NCBI RefSeq assembly: GCF_001194135.2
Contig: NC_068983.1
Location: 80,358,752 to 80,422,751 of the forward strand
DNA from: Octopus bimaculoides
Taxonomy: Eukaryota
Direction of reading: 5' to 3'
DNA length: 64,000 nt
Shown here: positions 24,007-36,476 of the stretch, piece by piece
Position numbering within the stretch: the stretch's first letter is position 1
How the letters are laid out: the number at the start of each line of letters is the position of its first letter
Made by a program: the position numbers and the translations under genes
Notes under the pieces: generated by a model
Seen by the model: the letters and a program-made list of their open reading frames with translations, nothing else
Databases searched by the model: none
What the model was told of the DNA's origin: nothing

Positions 24007-25165
24007 TCACAGGTACCCTCAACCACGTGGGTGTGGCACTTTTTCACACAGCTATCCACACAGCTATCCATTCTTGCCACATGAACATACCAGCACAATC
24101 GTCTCTGTTGCACACCACAACTGATGCTTCTTAGGTCCAACTTTTCTCTCAAGGTACTTACACTCTGTCGAGTATGCACACTGACATTCCATATCCATCA
24201 GAGCATACTGGCTTCATTTCTTTCGAGCTTACGCATGTCCTCAGTAGTCATGGCCCATGTTTCACTGCCATGTAGCATGGCTGTTCGTACACATGCGTCA
24301 TACAGTCTGCCTTTTACTCTGAGCGGGAGGCCCTTTGACACCAGCAGAGGTAAGAGCTCTCTGAACTTTGCCCAGGCTATTCTTATTCTAGCAGCTACAC
24401 TTTCAGCGCACCCTCCTCCACTACTGACTTGGTCACCTCGGTAATGGAAGCTATGAGCTACTTCTAGTTTTTCTCCCTGGAATGTAACAGAAGTTGTTCT
24501 CTGCACATTTTCAGTGTTTATTGCTCCGGAGCATCTGCCACATACAAAAACTATCTTCCTAGTTAGCCTTCCTTTGATGTTGCTGCACCTCTTATGTGTC
24601 CATAGCTTATACTGGGTATATTTTATGGAGTTTCTACCTATGCCTTTTCTACAGATCGAGCAAGGCCATCTACCTGAAGGGGTTTGTGGTTTGTCTACCT
24701 TCCTACTTAGGACTTTGGTTTTAGCTAGGTTGACTCTAAGGCCCTTCGATTCTAATCCTTGCTTCCACACCTGAAACTTCTCTAGTTCTGATAGTGACTC
24801 AGCAATTAGTGCAAGGTCATCAGTATAGAGGTGCTCTCAGGGGTATGCTGTCTTGAATTCCTGTGTTATTGCTTGGAGGACTATGATAAATAGGAGGGTG
24901 GCTTAGTACTGAACCTTGGTGGACCTGTACCTCTACCTGGAATTCTTCACTGTACTCGTTGCCAACCCTCACCTTACTGACAGTGTCCCTGTACATGGCT
25001 TGTACAGCTCTCACTAACCATTCGTCTATCCTTAGTTTCCTCATTGACCACCAGATAAGGGATCGGGGTACCCCGTCAAAGGCTTTCTCCATGTCGATGA
25101 AGGCCAGGTACAGAGGTTTATCTTTGGCTAGGTATTTCTCCTGCAGCTGTCTTACCAGAAATAAA
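24007..25165 (-). mobile_element. RTE-clade LINE reverse transcriptase fragment, 5' truncated and frameshifted
   Basis: LFLVRQLQEKYLAKDKPLYLAFIDMEKAFDGVPR...VHQGSVLS, then a Cys-rich insert (WPCSICRKG...WTHKRC...VCGRC), then RIAWAKFRELLPLL...LHGSETW...RRLCWYVHV. Confidence 0.92.
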
Positions 25166-25599
25166 GAAGATAAATCAGGTGAAGGAGAATAATGTTGTTT
25201 ATAATGAAGAGCTTGTCTGTCCTGACATGGCTTTTTGTTTTTTTGTATGCAGTCAGTCAATTCTTTGGTAAAACTGTTTCATTCTCTTTGATAAGGTAGC
25301 AGTAATATACAGGAGACCTTGTAATTAATGGTAATAGTAATGATGATGATGCGGGTGATTTAGGTATGAGGCCGGCAATTTTGAGATTAAGAGGCGGAAC
25401 TAGATGTTACTATCAATCCCAAGCACATAAAGAACCAGTTAAGTATTAAGTACAGGGTTTGATGGTATGGACTTAATCCTCACCACTCAAAATTGCTGGC
25501 CTCATGCCTAAATTCAATGATAATTATTGTTGTTGTTTGGATTGGCAGAGTCATTAGAGCATAGGAAGAAATACCTTACAGTATTTATTTTGACATTCT

Positions 25600-25937
25600 T
25601 CGACATTCGTTGCCAGTGCCCATGGGCTGGCTCTTGTGCGAGTGACAGATGAGGTTTTTCGAGCGAGATCGTTGCCGGTGCCCTTGGGTTGACTCTTGTG
25701 CGGGTGGCACATGAAAGACACCATTTCGAGCATGGCCGTTTTCATGCGGGTGACACGTAAAAGCACCCACTACACTCTCTGAGTGGTTGGCGTTAGGAAG
25801 GGCATCCAGCTGTAGAAACTCTGCCAAATTAGATTGGAGCCTGGTGTTGCCATCCGGTTTCACCAGTCCTCAGTCAAATCGTCCAACCCATGCTAGCATG
25901 GAAGGCGGACGTTAAACGATGATGATGATGATGATGA
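25600..25937 (+). mobile_element. RTE-tail retroposon copy with about 2 internal repeat units and (GAT)n tail
   Basis: Same 3' region as 20399-20570, in the opposite orientation. Confidence 0.8.
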
Positions 25938-26328
25938 TTCTTTGTTCTCGGTTCAAACCCCACTGAGGCTATCATTGCTTTTCTTTCTACTGGGCTCAAT
26001 GAAATGAAGTACCAGTCAGGTATTAGGTGTGATTTAATTGACTAGCAGCTCCTTCTAATTTTCAGGCCTTGTACTTGAATTAGAAAGGATCATTAACAAC
26101 AACAGCAACAACAATAATTATTGTGCAAACAACAAAGATTATGCTTTTAATAGGTGTGCAATAACTGTAAAACATCACTAAAAAAAAATGTAATGAGATG
26201 ACATTTTTAATGATATCACAAATATTTCTGATATTAAATATGTATTTGTATTTGATGATGATGTATAGTTTGGTTTTCTTACATGAAAATGCAAATACCT
26301 TAAAAGAAGCCAATAATCACTGTTCCAG

Positions 26329-26494
26329 ATTTATGAATAAACACACTGAAGAACTTTATCAGCATATTCTTACTTCAGTAAAGAATAAAAAAAAAAAATA
26401 TTGGCATATTGTTCAAGAACGAATGCAGAAACAAATCCTACTGAGAATATCGTCCTGCTGTCAAATAGCTAGTAAATTAACATCACACTACAAA
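26329..26494 (+). CDS. CNTD1: CNTD1 coding exon 3 (R-FMNKHTEELYQHILTSVKNKKKKYWHIVQERMQKQILLRISSCCQIASKLTSHYK)
   Basis: ttccAG acceptor at 26327-26328 and AAA|GTAAGA donor at 26495; 166 nt. LLRISSCCQIASKL corresponds to the CNTD1 cyclin-box motif LRLVSCVQLASKL. Confidence 0.93.
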
Positions 26495-26748
26495 GTAAGA
26501 TTGGTAATTAAAGTTTTAAATTTCTACAGATTCTTATGCATATTGGCTTAATTCTCTTTTATGAATTTAAAAAAATTCTTCATATAGTTAGTTTCACACC
26601 TGGGACATAATCAGTTATTTGTGTTACAGTTAAAAGTATTTAGCAGTTGCATTGAAGCTTCGGTCATTTCTGGTAGCCAGAGTATGACCATTATCTGTAT
26701 TACTTTTTCTTTCTTGTAGACACACTGTAGCCATTGTTTATATATTAA

Positions 26749-27054
26749 CCCATAAACTGCTGGGATTTTGCTGTATGTAACACGAACTGCTGAGCCTATT
26801 TTGGGTAAAGATCAACATCGATCTATCACTCGAAAAAAAATACTCAGTGTTTCTTAACACCTTCTGTAATTGGCTACACTGTTTCTGGGGTGAAAGGGTA
26901 TTGTGTGCATACATTATATGTCATCAAAATTAGGTCAGATCATGCCCTACTTCTGTGGCCACGAACGTGGCCTGTTGCACTGTCGTGTTGGCCACTGAGG
27001 TGGCCTATTGCACTGTCGTATTGGCCATTGAGGTGGCCTATTGTAGTTTATGGG
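26749..27054. mobile_element. piggyBac-type MITE, 306 bp, with an internal 33-bp tandem repeat
   Basis: TTAA|CCCATAAACTGC...GTAGTTTATGGG|TTAA (TTAA at 26745-26748 and 27055-27058). About 2.4 copies of GTGGCCT(A/G)TTGCACTGTCGT(A/G)TTGGCCA(C/T)TGAG at 26967-27046. Confidence 0.8.
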
Positions 27055-28431
27055 TTAAATATATACTGCTTTTGAGATTGAAGATTTTTATTGAATTACA
27101 TTGATCAGTTCAAACAATTAAGTTCAATCTTCATGGCTAACTTATGCAGAAATAAACTCTGTTTATACAAATATTTTATAAAGTCTACAATGTCCCAATG
27201 CCAACCTTATAATTTAAAATATAATGAACTTGGCTGTGGCTTGGATAATGAGGTAATCTTGCCAAATGGGTCCTGGATAATATATATAGAAGTATAGAAG
27301 TACATCATGTCACAGAATCACTAAACAACTGGTTAGAATCATGAAGAAATATTCACCAGAAAGATATATTCTCATCAGGCATGTTCATAGAAATTTTGTA
27401 AGAAACTCATGAAGGCCCACATAATATTTATTGTTTTGTTATATAAATTGTAATTAAATAATGGTATTTACATGCATGTGAAAAATATACTTCATGATGA
27501 ACTATATGGAGATTTTGTATCTACATTCATATCCATTAATTGTGAACTATGTAAACCTGTATTCTCCATTCAGTTTTACTCTAATATTAAAAAACAATAT
27601 TAATTTAAAAACTATATGTTGTTAATAGCTATCATTATGGATTGGCAGAACCATTAGTGTTGAACAAAATGCCTTGTGGTATTTAGTTATGACCTTTTAT
27701 TTTCTGAGTTCATATCCCACTGAAGTGAACTTTGTATTTCATTCTTTTGGGTTTCATAAATGAATACTGAGCAAAAAACTGGGGTTGGTTTAATCAGCTG
27801 TACCTCTATATAATATGAAATTGTGGCTATGTGCCATTATTTGAAAATCAATAGGTATTATCATCAAACAAATTACACTATGTAACAAGAGTTTTATTTT
27901 TTTGTCTTTGGTCAGTAACTGTTATTTCCTATTTGCTTTTATCTAGAAATCAAAGAAAATGATTTTTATTCCCTTCTAATTTTGTCTTTGTGACCTGGAC
28001 ATAAATGTTTTGAAACTGACCTATTTTCCATTACATTTCAGACGTATTCAGCACTGAGTTGCAAAAGCAGAAATATTGCTATAGCAAATATTCTGCTCAA
28101 TACCACAGATGTGCTTTTCAGTTGCTTGACCTTAACCAATTGAGCATATCCCTTAGTGGCTGACAATATATGTGTCTCTAATCATGAGCAAGAGTAGTGG
28201 GGGAGTATCATAGTCATGTTTTGAGAGAGATTCTTTAGAGTTTGAATAAATGTAACTTAAGCAAAGTTTGAAGGAAATATTAGCCATTTTTCATACTTTC
28301 TAGGAGTATGCAAATAGGAAATGACAGTAGCTACCCAGGGACAAAAATCATGTTACACAGTGTTATATAATAATGTTTCTATTGGTGTCTGTTATGAAAA
28401 AAATCTACATATATGATTATTGTTACCTCAG

Positions 28432-28594
28432 GTCATAATAAATTCACAAATTAAGAACTTCTTGTCAGAATTTGACCTGAATTACAGTACAGAAAGTATT
28501 TTACAATCTGAAATACGTGTTCTTAAAACATTAAATTATGAAGTCTCCACTGCATCCCCAGTAACGTCTTTAGAAATCATCTTGGAAATCTTAG
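28432..28594 (+). CDS. CNTD1: CNTD1 coding exon 4 (VIINSQIKNFLSEFDLNYSTESILQSEIRVLKTLNYEVSTASPVTSLEIILEIL-G)
   Basis: cctcAG acceptor at 28430-28431 and G|GTGAGT donor at 28595; 163 nt. ILQSEIRVLKTLNY...P...LEIILEILG corresponds to human LLESELDVLKSLNF...TPLAYVETLLEVLG. Confidence 0.95.
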
Positions 28595-28739
28595 GTGAGT
28601 TATATTCAGTATGTATCACAGTATTTATTTAAAATATAGTAATTTACATTCTAGTAGACAACCAACTGAAAAGTCAGCAATTTGTGTCTACTTATATTCA
28701 GTCATCAGTACTGTGTTGTATCTGTAGTTATTAATTACC

Positions 28740-28955
28740 AAGTCGGCAAGCTGGCAGGCTCATTAACACACTGGACAAAATGCTTGGCAGCATTTCATCT
28801 GTTTTAATGTTCTGAGTTCAACTTCTACTAAGGTCAACTTAGCTCTTCATCCTTTTGGGTTTGCTAAAGTAAGTACCAGTTGAATACTGGGTTGATGTAA
28901 TTGACTTAACCCCTCCCTTGAACTTACTGGCCTTATGCCAAAATTTGAAATCATT
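28740..28955 (+). mobile_element. Meta-domain-like tRNA SINE
   Basis: ggcaagctggcag...aaatgcttggcagcatttc...gttctgagttcaa...ggtcaactt...tcatccttttggg...aagtaccagttgaatactggg. Confidence 0.7.
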
Positions 28956-29914
28956 AATTATAAAGTCCTTGTAGTTCTATGTAGATTGTACATTTAACCC
29001 AATGCCCAGTATAATGCCACTGTCTGACACTTCAATCTGACACTTCATCTAATTTGCTGGAAGTATCTACACCTAGACCAATGCATAAAAAAAAATTGCT
29101 AGTTACCATGCAGCTAATGATTCATTTTCTTCCTCCTTTTTCTCCTCCCATACCTAGAGATTCTGCAAAAGTTATGGACACTGTTCTTCATCCTCACACT
29201 AAGGCACTTTGAATGATTGTTGTATTGCCTCAAAATACCTTCAGTCAAATAGATTTGTGTTCAAAGGAGTTTCCAGTTACAACTAAGAAGGGAAAATAAT
29301 TAAAGCTGTATTTCTCAAGAGTGCTGTTAGGCCTAAGTCAGGTCATTTTGGTAGGAACTTAAACCTAATCCATCATGATTCTCTGAGAAATTATCACTGT
29401 AACCCAGCTCTTGTTGTTTGATAAATAAATCTTATTGTATTTATTTATACATTTATCTACATAGGTTATATCTCATTTGGTGCGCAATGGCATTGTTGAT
29501 TACATTTTTCCAAATGAGCTAATCACTGGTCCATTGCATTTCTGGCAAGAGTGATAAGGATGTGTCTTTGCAACTAGTGCAGAACAAATATAATACCATG
29601 AATATGCACAATACATACACAGGCACACATGCGTACACACACATACATACCCATATGATGAGGTTTTGCACAGTTTTCACTGCCAAATTTCACTCACAAA
29701 GCATTTATCAATGCAAGACTGTGTCAGAGGATACTTACCTAAGTTGTCACATTAACTATTGTTAAATAAACTATTAACAATATAGAAAAGAATATTAGAA
29801 TGTATGTCATTTTTTAATACTATTCACATTATATATTACAATTTATTTTTTCTTGCAATCTGAAGTTATTATAAATACTAAGATTTTTTTACATTTTTTT
29901 CTTTTATTCATAAG

Positions 29915-30059
29915 GTTTTGAATTTCCAGATTTAGATACAAAAATTCTTCATATGATATCTGTAAAAATAATGGATCTTGTGTATTTAGAACACAAAACT
30001 GCTTATAATCAGCTGTTTAAAAGAGTAACTGGTCAACAACAGTTCACTGAATCAGAAAG
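29915..30059 (+). CDS. CNTD1: CNTD1 coding exon 5 (G-FEFPDLDTKILHMISVKIMDLVYLEHKTAYNQLFKRVTGQQQFTESE-R)
   Basis: Long T tract plus taAG acceptor at 29913-29914 and AG|GTAAAT donor at 30060; 145 nt (phase 1 in, phase 2 out). IMDLVYLEH corresponds to human LLDLVYLLH. Confidence 0.93.
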
Positions 30060-31489
30060 GTAAATTACTACATATATATTTATATATATATATATTACCT
30101 TACATCCATTTTTTTCTTAATACTTGCTTGGGTTGGACGGTTCTTCCCCAACACAGCATATTGCCACTTGTGTTCTTTGTCATCTCCTTCACGAAGTTCA
30201 TCTTCCTGAACTCTGTCTTCACAGTTCTTCCTATGCTTTTCTCAGTCTTCCTTTTCTGCATGTTCATTTCACTTAGGTTACTTGGCACACATCTCTGTTT
30301 AATTGTGATAATTCAGTTTCTGAACATATTTGGTAATCTTTGAGTTTTCTCTGTGAGTTCTTTATCTATTACTATAAATTGTTTTTATTAATATAAATTC
30401 ATCAACACTGATTAAATGTTTCCTGCTTTGTTTTCAACATAATAGTTTCAGATTTTAAAGTCATTGTATACATGAATTTTGTGGTAAAATATTTTCAGGA
30501 AAAATGTCCATTGGCTTAAGGTCTTAAGATGACAGTTATAGTTGGTCTCTGTTCAAAGATGGTATCTTGTGTATAATCTGGTTGAGTAGTAAGGTACCAG
30601 GTATTGTTGAATGTTTTAGAGTGCTATTTTGTTGATTTAGAGTATTGATGTAAAAACAAGGTTTCTTTAAATTAATACTTCATAAGAGTGCTTTATTTTA
30701 TCCTTACAAAGCTCTACTCAGAATATTTATATATGTATATCTAAAGAAATTTGTTGGTAATAGAGTGCAGTATTAAAAAAGCAGATTTATTATTCTCATG
30801 TAAGTATAAAATTAATTAATTGCAACAGAGCTGAAGCATATTTATAATATAAAACTTTAAAGGAACAAACAAACAGACAAAAACCCAAATGAGAAACAAA
30901 AAGGAAGAAAGTTCTATAATAGCTTAAATTTTGTCTGTAAAACTTCAGAATTTAAGAGATTGAGTCTTATTAACAATATCCTAAAGACCATTTTTGATTT
31001 ATTATTGTGAAAGAGGGACTTGATGTGATGAGATTAGTTTTTTGTATGCCTGCTCAATATTAGCATGTTGCACTGTTAAATCTCACTATTTGACTATTTG
31101 TAGTCAGTTTTAGTTTTTGCTAAAATGTCTTTAATGGAATTAAATATACATTCTACTAAATATGATGTCATTGAAACATTGTTTCTCATTTTATAATTGT
31201 TGTGATGTCATATTTCAATGAATAGTGTAAATGATCACTAAGAGTTTTTGCAATTAAATATTGTTGATGTATCATTGCAGTGCACTTTCACTATCTTTAG
31301 CACTGACTTACTTTAATGTGAAAATAATGTACAGTAGTGGCCCATCATCACTGGAGTTCCATCAGTTGCAGTGTCAGATTTGTAAAAGTCATTTCTTTAA
31401 ATAAAAAAAAAAACCCAACATTTTACAACAAAAAATGCTGACCCTCTTTTAGTATCTATTTTCAAATATCTGGCTAATAACACCTGAGT

Positions 31490-31706
31490 TGTTTTCTCCA
31501 GTACCTCCTGACTGGCCTTCATGCCAGTAGCACATAAAAGCACTCACTACACTCTCGGAGTGGTTGGCGTTAGGAAGGGCATCCAGCTGTAGAAACTCTG
31601 TCAAATCAGATTGGAACCTGGTTTAGCCATCTGGTTTACCAGTCCTCAGTCAAATCGTCCAACCCATGCTAGCATGGAAAGCGGACGTTAAACAATGATG
31701 ATGAAA
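31490..31706 (+). mobile_element. RTE-tail retroposon copy
   Basis: aaaagcactcactacactctcggagtggttggcgttaggaagggcatccagctg...gcggacgttaaacaatgatgatga. Confidence 0.8.
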
Positions 31707-32631
31707 CAGAATGTAAGCTCACAATAAAGTTTAATTTATTTATATTTTGGTAGAATTGATTCAGTTGTAACAAAACTCAGGCAGTCCTCAAAACAATTGC
31801 ATAATGTATCTTCCACATTTTTGCCCAGTTCATCAATTTTTCATTTTTTTGTAGTATTTGTTCCAAGGAATTTCATTGATTATGTCAGGCACTGGTTGTA
31901 CAGCATAAGTATATAGAACCCCACTAGCAACTGCAAGGATTGATTCTTTGTGGTTTTCTGGATTTGGCAATCAATAATGATATTATGTAAGAGGTACATA
32001 AACTATAATTTTCTTGCATTAATGTTGATGAAAACATATTAGGTAATTTTAACCATTTGCAAACTGGTCTCAAAATACTTTAAAATTAAAATAAATCATT
32101 ATTTGTCTTATTGGATGAATTTTTTCAAGTACTTTTTTAATCTTGAAGGTTTCTTATTGGAAAACACTTTTTGACAAATCATACAAATTGGTAATAGATT
32201 TTGGTAATGGAATAAAATCATATCTTTAAATATTCAATACTTTTCTGCTGGCATTTCTTCTTTGGTTTTTGCCATGGTTATATCTGTAAAAGATTATATT
32301 ATTATCAATATAATCTTTTTTGTATTATTCTTTCAATAAGATCATACTATCACTGTTAATGCGGTTGACAGTTTTACAAGCAACTATGAATTTGTATTTT
32401 CTGCTCCATTCCTCCCTCGCTACCATTTACCTTCCAATGTCCCATACCACTCTTTTGCCTATCAGTACCCCTTTTGAGGCTTTCATAATTCCTGAGGGAA
32501 TAGTAGGATCCCCTGGGGAATCATTGGTCTAGACTGTTCATTGTTTTATTTTATCCTTTATTATATTGTTATTTTTGTAATTTTTCAAAATGTATTGCTT
32601 CCTAAGAAACATGTATATATCTTATTTTCAG

Positions 32632-32728
32632 AGAAAAATTTTTATCGGTTACAAATAATAAGATGTTCTTAGTAGTCAGCCTTATAGCAGCAGCTACATA
32701 TATAATTGATAAAACATCTACTGATAAG
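32632..32728 (+). CDS. CNTD1: CNTD1 coding exon 6 (R-EKFLSVTNNKMFLVVSLIAAATYIIDKTSTDK)
   Basis: ttttcAG acceptor at 32630-32631 and AAG|GTTAGT donor at 32729; 97 nt. EKFLSV...MFLVVSLIAAATYI corresponds to human EKFTSVKEDFMLLAVGIIAASAFI. There is no stop, so at least one more exon is needed. Confidence 0.92.
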
Positions 32729-34746
32729 GTTAGTTTAAATACCTTTATTTATGAATGCATACATCATACAGATAAGACAGCTTATTTAATACTTGATGTT
32801 TGGTGTAATCTTTGTGTTCAGTATTATGATGGATGATGAAAAAAAATTGGTTTGACTTTTGCAAGCTGATTGGGCCATAAATAAGTTGACAAAATTCTAT
32901 GCAGCTAGCAAATTTAACAGGTGAAGAATGGATTTATCACTATATTCTTTTTTTTTTTATCTTCTTATTTTTGAAGCCTAAAGTCAAAAAGTTCATTTGT
33001 TGTTATATTACCCCTTTTCCTCTGGTTTCATTCAAAGGAACTAAAATCAAATAGCTGCAACTAAATTGCTTATCATTAGTTGGGACCACAATATACCAGT
33101 AGCTAGTAAGATATTTCTATGCTTAGTCTGCATGTGTGTGTGTGTGTGGTGTGTGTGTTTGCACGTGTGTGTGTGTGTGGTGTGTTTGTTTGCACGTGTG
33201 TGTGTGTGTGTGTGTATAGAAAATTGATAAGAATTCAGTTACTATAGCCCAAATTAGAGATGTGGGTGTGTTAGGTATATTAAGTGTTATAATGCACCTT
33301 TGTAAGTCATTGTATGAACTATCAAGATCTAATCAGTAAAAGTTAGGTATTGGGTTATCTTCATGTTGGCTAATTATTGGTTAATGTTGAACTGCTTTTA
33401 TGTTATAATCAGTGCTGATTAAGTATTGATTAGTGTTGAGCTGCACTTACATTTCATTAAGTGTTAGTTGTTGTGTATAAAATGGACAACTGTTGTTCTT
33501 GATGTGTTAAATATATAGAAGGAGAAAGGTTCTAATTTTGTAGCTGAAGATAACCAAGACAAAATTAAATAAAAGAGGTGACTGTGGTAATGATTATTTG
33601 AGAGAAGCAGTTCTTAGAAAACCATTCCTACGAGTAGGGAAAAAAATAGTAGAAAGCATTATTAAAGACTTGTGCTATTAACTTCATTTAAGCATTTTGT
33701 GTGACACTAGATTTTGATAGGTATAATCACAGATAATCTTCAGGTGGCATGTTTTTTTGTACATTTGGAATGTAGAGTTAGGATTACCACCATCTATTTC
33801 AAAGTTTATAACTGAGTTTTAGTTATTTTATCCACCATGTTAGTGTTGTAGAAGTTGTTTTAATCCACTATGTTATTGTTTTAATGATAGCTGGAGACAA
33901 TACTGATTAAAACACTGTGCAACTTTAAAAAAGGAAACCAAAACAGAAAGTGCATACAAATGCAAATATAGTCAATTTTTATTACTCTAATAATAATTTC
34001 TCTCAGAAAATATAAAAATGTTTGAAAAATATGCATGAGAATTGGAAATGAGTGTATGATAAAAATAAAATAAAGTTAAATATGTGTAAGATATCATTTA
34101 ATGAATTCGGGGTTTAACTTAGCTATAATCTATTCCTTACTTGAAAAAGGAGTTTGTAAACATGTCACGCTATTTTGGAAAGGCAACAATTGAGTTCATT
34201 ACGGTTGGAAATAACACTTCTGTCAGGTTGTCAGTATGTGTGATAGTGACATAAGGAGCTAGACATAGTGATTAATGAGCAAAGAAAAATATATATAGAA
34301 GGAAAATTAACTGCAGGATAAAATAGAAAGATGAAAAAAATAATGATAAACCAGTAGTTAAAAAAACAAAACAAAACAAAAAAGAAAAAAAAACAAAACA
34401 AAACATTTTCAATTTTTCTGAAAGTTTGAAATGTATGGAGATGAGAAGTAGGGAATATTGAAGAAGCAGCAGTAAGGAATGTATTGAGTGAATTAGTATC
34501 AATTACTTACATTCTAGGTGTTTGGGAAATAATGTCTGTAATCTATGTGTAAAGGGCCTAATATAAAATGATTGATCAATAAACATTATTGGTAAATATC
34601 TTGGTGACATTAAAAATTGCATAATGATGAAAATTCATGGTAAATTCATGCAAAGAAATTTTGTTAATTGGATTGCAAATATGTTTCTTGTATATATAAA
34701 AAGTGAATTTTATAAAGTATGTATTAGAACTTATGTTCTGAGGGGT

Positions 34747-35120
34747 TGTTGTTGTTGGCACTCCGTCGCTTATGACGTCGAGGGTTCCAGTTGATCCGAT
34801 CAATGGAACAGCCTGCTCGTGAAATTAACGTGCAAGTGGCTGAGCACTCCACTGACATGTGTACCCTTAACGTAGTTCTCGGGGATATTCAGTGTGACAA
34901 GGCTGACCCTTTGAATTACAGGCACAACAGAAACTGGAAGTAAGAGAAAGTTGTGGTGAAAGAGTACAGCAGGGTTCACCACCATCCCCTGCCAGAGTTT
35001 CGTGGAGCTTTTTAGGTGTTTTTGTTCAATAAACACTCACAACGCCCGGTCTGGGAATTGAAACCGCAATCCTATGACTGCGAGTCTGCTGCCCTAACCA
35101 CTGGGCCATTGCGCCTCCAC
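34747..35120 (-). mobile_element. Full-length tRNA(Arg)-like-headed SINE (OR-type) with 10-bp TSD
   Basis: Minus-strand head GTGGAGGCGCAATGGCCCAGTGGTTAGGGCAGCAGACTCGCAGTC...GGTTTCAATTCC carries A and B boxes; (AAC)n tail; TSD TCTGAGGGGT at 34737-34746 and 35121-35130. A head-only fragment lies at 6245-6283. Confidence 0.9.
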
Positions 35121-36015
35121 TCTGAGGGGTAATAAACCTCAAATAATAAATAAAGAATCTATAATAGTAAACATATTTGAATATGCATAATGTCAGTTTT
35201 TGAAAGGAATGAACAGATTCAGTTGAATAACCCTCAGTGTGTTACTGGTACATATTTTATTGACTTTGGAATATGAAATTCAGAATAAGGAGATATCAAA
35301 CTGTTCACTGTGCATTTATTATTGGTTGGCATACTTCAGCAAATAATTTGTTTGCTGAAGTTATAAACAAGAGCCACAATCTCTTGTTAAATTCATTAGT
35401 CTAGTGTGCTTTTATATATGATGAAATGATCGTATACAGTGCTCAGGTGCATTACAATTCATCAGAAAAGTAGCCAAAGGTGCATGAACACTACATAAAA
35501 TAATGCACAGGAAGGGAACAGTGAATGAGTTATTAAAACACACACACACATACACAAGAGGGGGCATCAGGTGCACTGTTGGTGAATTTTAGGAAGTGGG
35601 AAAATTTTGACGACTAGTGTCCCAATAACCAACTACTGATGCAGGTAGTTTTTCCATGATTTAGCAATTCTGAGCAGTGTTGAAACACTGATATTTAGAG
35701 TCCCTTTATGCTAATTGCCTTAAAGGATAAGTTGTTCTCCTTTACAAAACACAACACATTTGCATTTGAATCTGCTGGAACATATTAATAGTAAAAATGC
35801 CAGTCATTGTTGTGGTGAGATATCAAACAATACATCATAAAATAACGAGTGGTTCTGTGTTATTTGCAGCAACTCTTCAGTTTGCAAAAATTGCTTATGA
35901 TAAAACACAAAGCCAGTTTTTAGATGTCTTATGTAATTTGTCAATTTGTATTGTGTGGTGAATTTTGCAGTAAGAATTCAACTAGATACTTTTACTTTAT
36001 GGTATCTTGTTGACA

Positions 36016-36179
36016 TAGGCACAGGAGTGGCTGTGTGGTAAGCAGCTTGCTTACCAACCACATGGTTCCAGGTTCAGTCCCACTGCGTGGCACCTTGAGC
36101 AAGTGTCTTCTACTATAGCCTCGGGCCGACCAAAGCCTTGTGAGTGGATTTGGTAGACGGAAACTGAAAGAAGCCCATC

Positions 36180-36236
<57 letters not shown>

Positions 36237-36476
36237 TATGTGTGTATATATATGTTTGTGTGTCTGTTTTTGTCCCCCCAGTATCGCTTGACAACCGATG
36301 TTGGTGTGTTTACATCCCCGTAACTTAGCGGTTTGGCAAAAGAGACCGATAGAATAAGTACTAGGCTTCCAAAGAATAAGTCCTGGGGTCGATTTTCTCG
36401 ACTAAAAGGCAGTGCTCCAGCATGGCCGCAGTCAAATGACTGAAACAAGTAAAAGAGTAAAAGAGAGTAAAGAGTA
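36016..36476 (+). mobile_element. Full-length tRNA-derived SINE with CORE-like motif and internal (TA)n
   Basis: Head GCACAGGAGTGGCTGTGTGGTAAG...GGTTCAGTCCC, CCTTGAGCAAGTG core-like motif and (AAGAGTA)n-like tail. Partial copies at 305-430, 3270-3447, 46200-46500 and 61790-61930. Confidence 0.88.

Noticed and set aside
26967-27046. CRISPR-like 33-bp repeats
   Set aside because: The units are head-to-tail with no spacers, the context is eukaryotic, and they lie inside a MITE.
34747-35120. tRNA-Arg gene
   Set aside because: The tRNA-like head continues into a SINE body with an (AAC)n tail and TSD.
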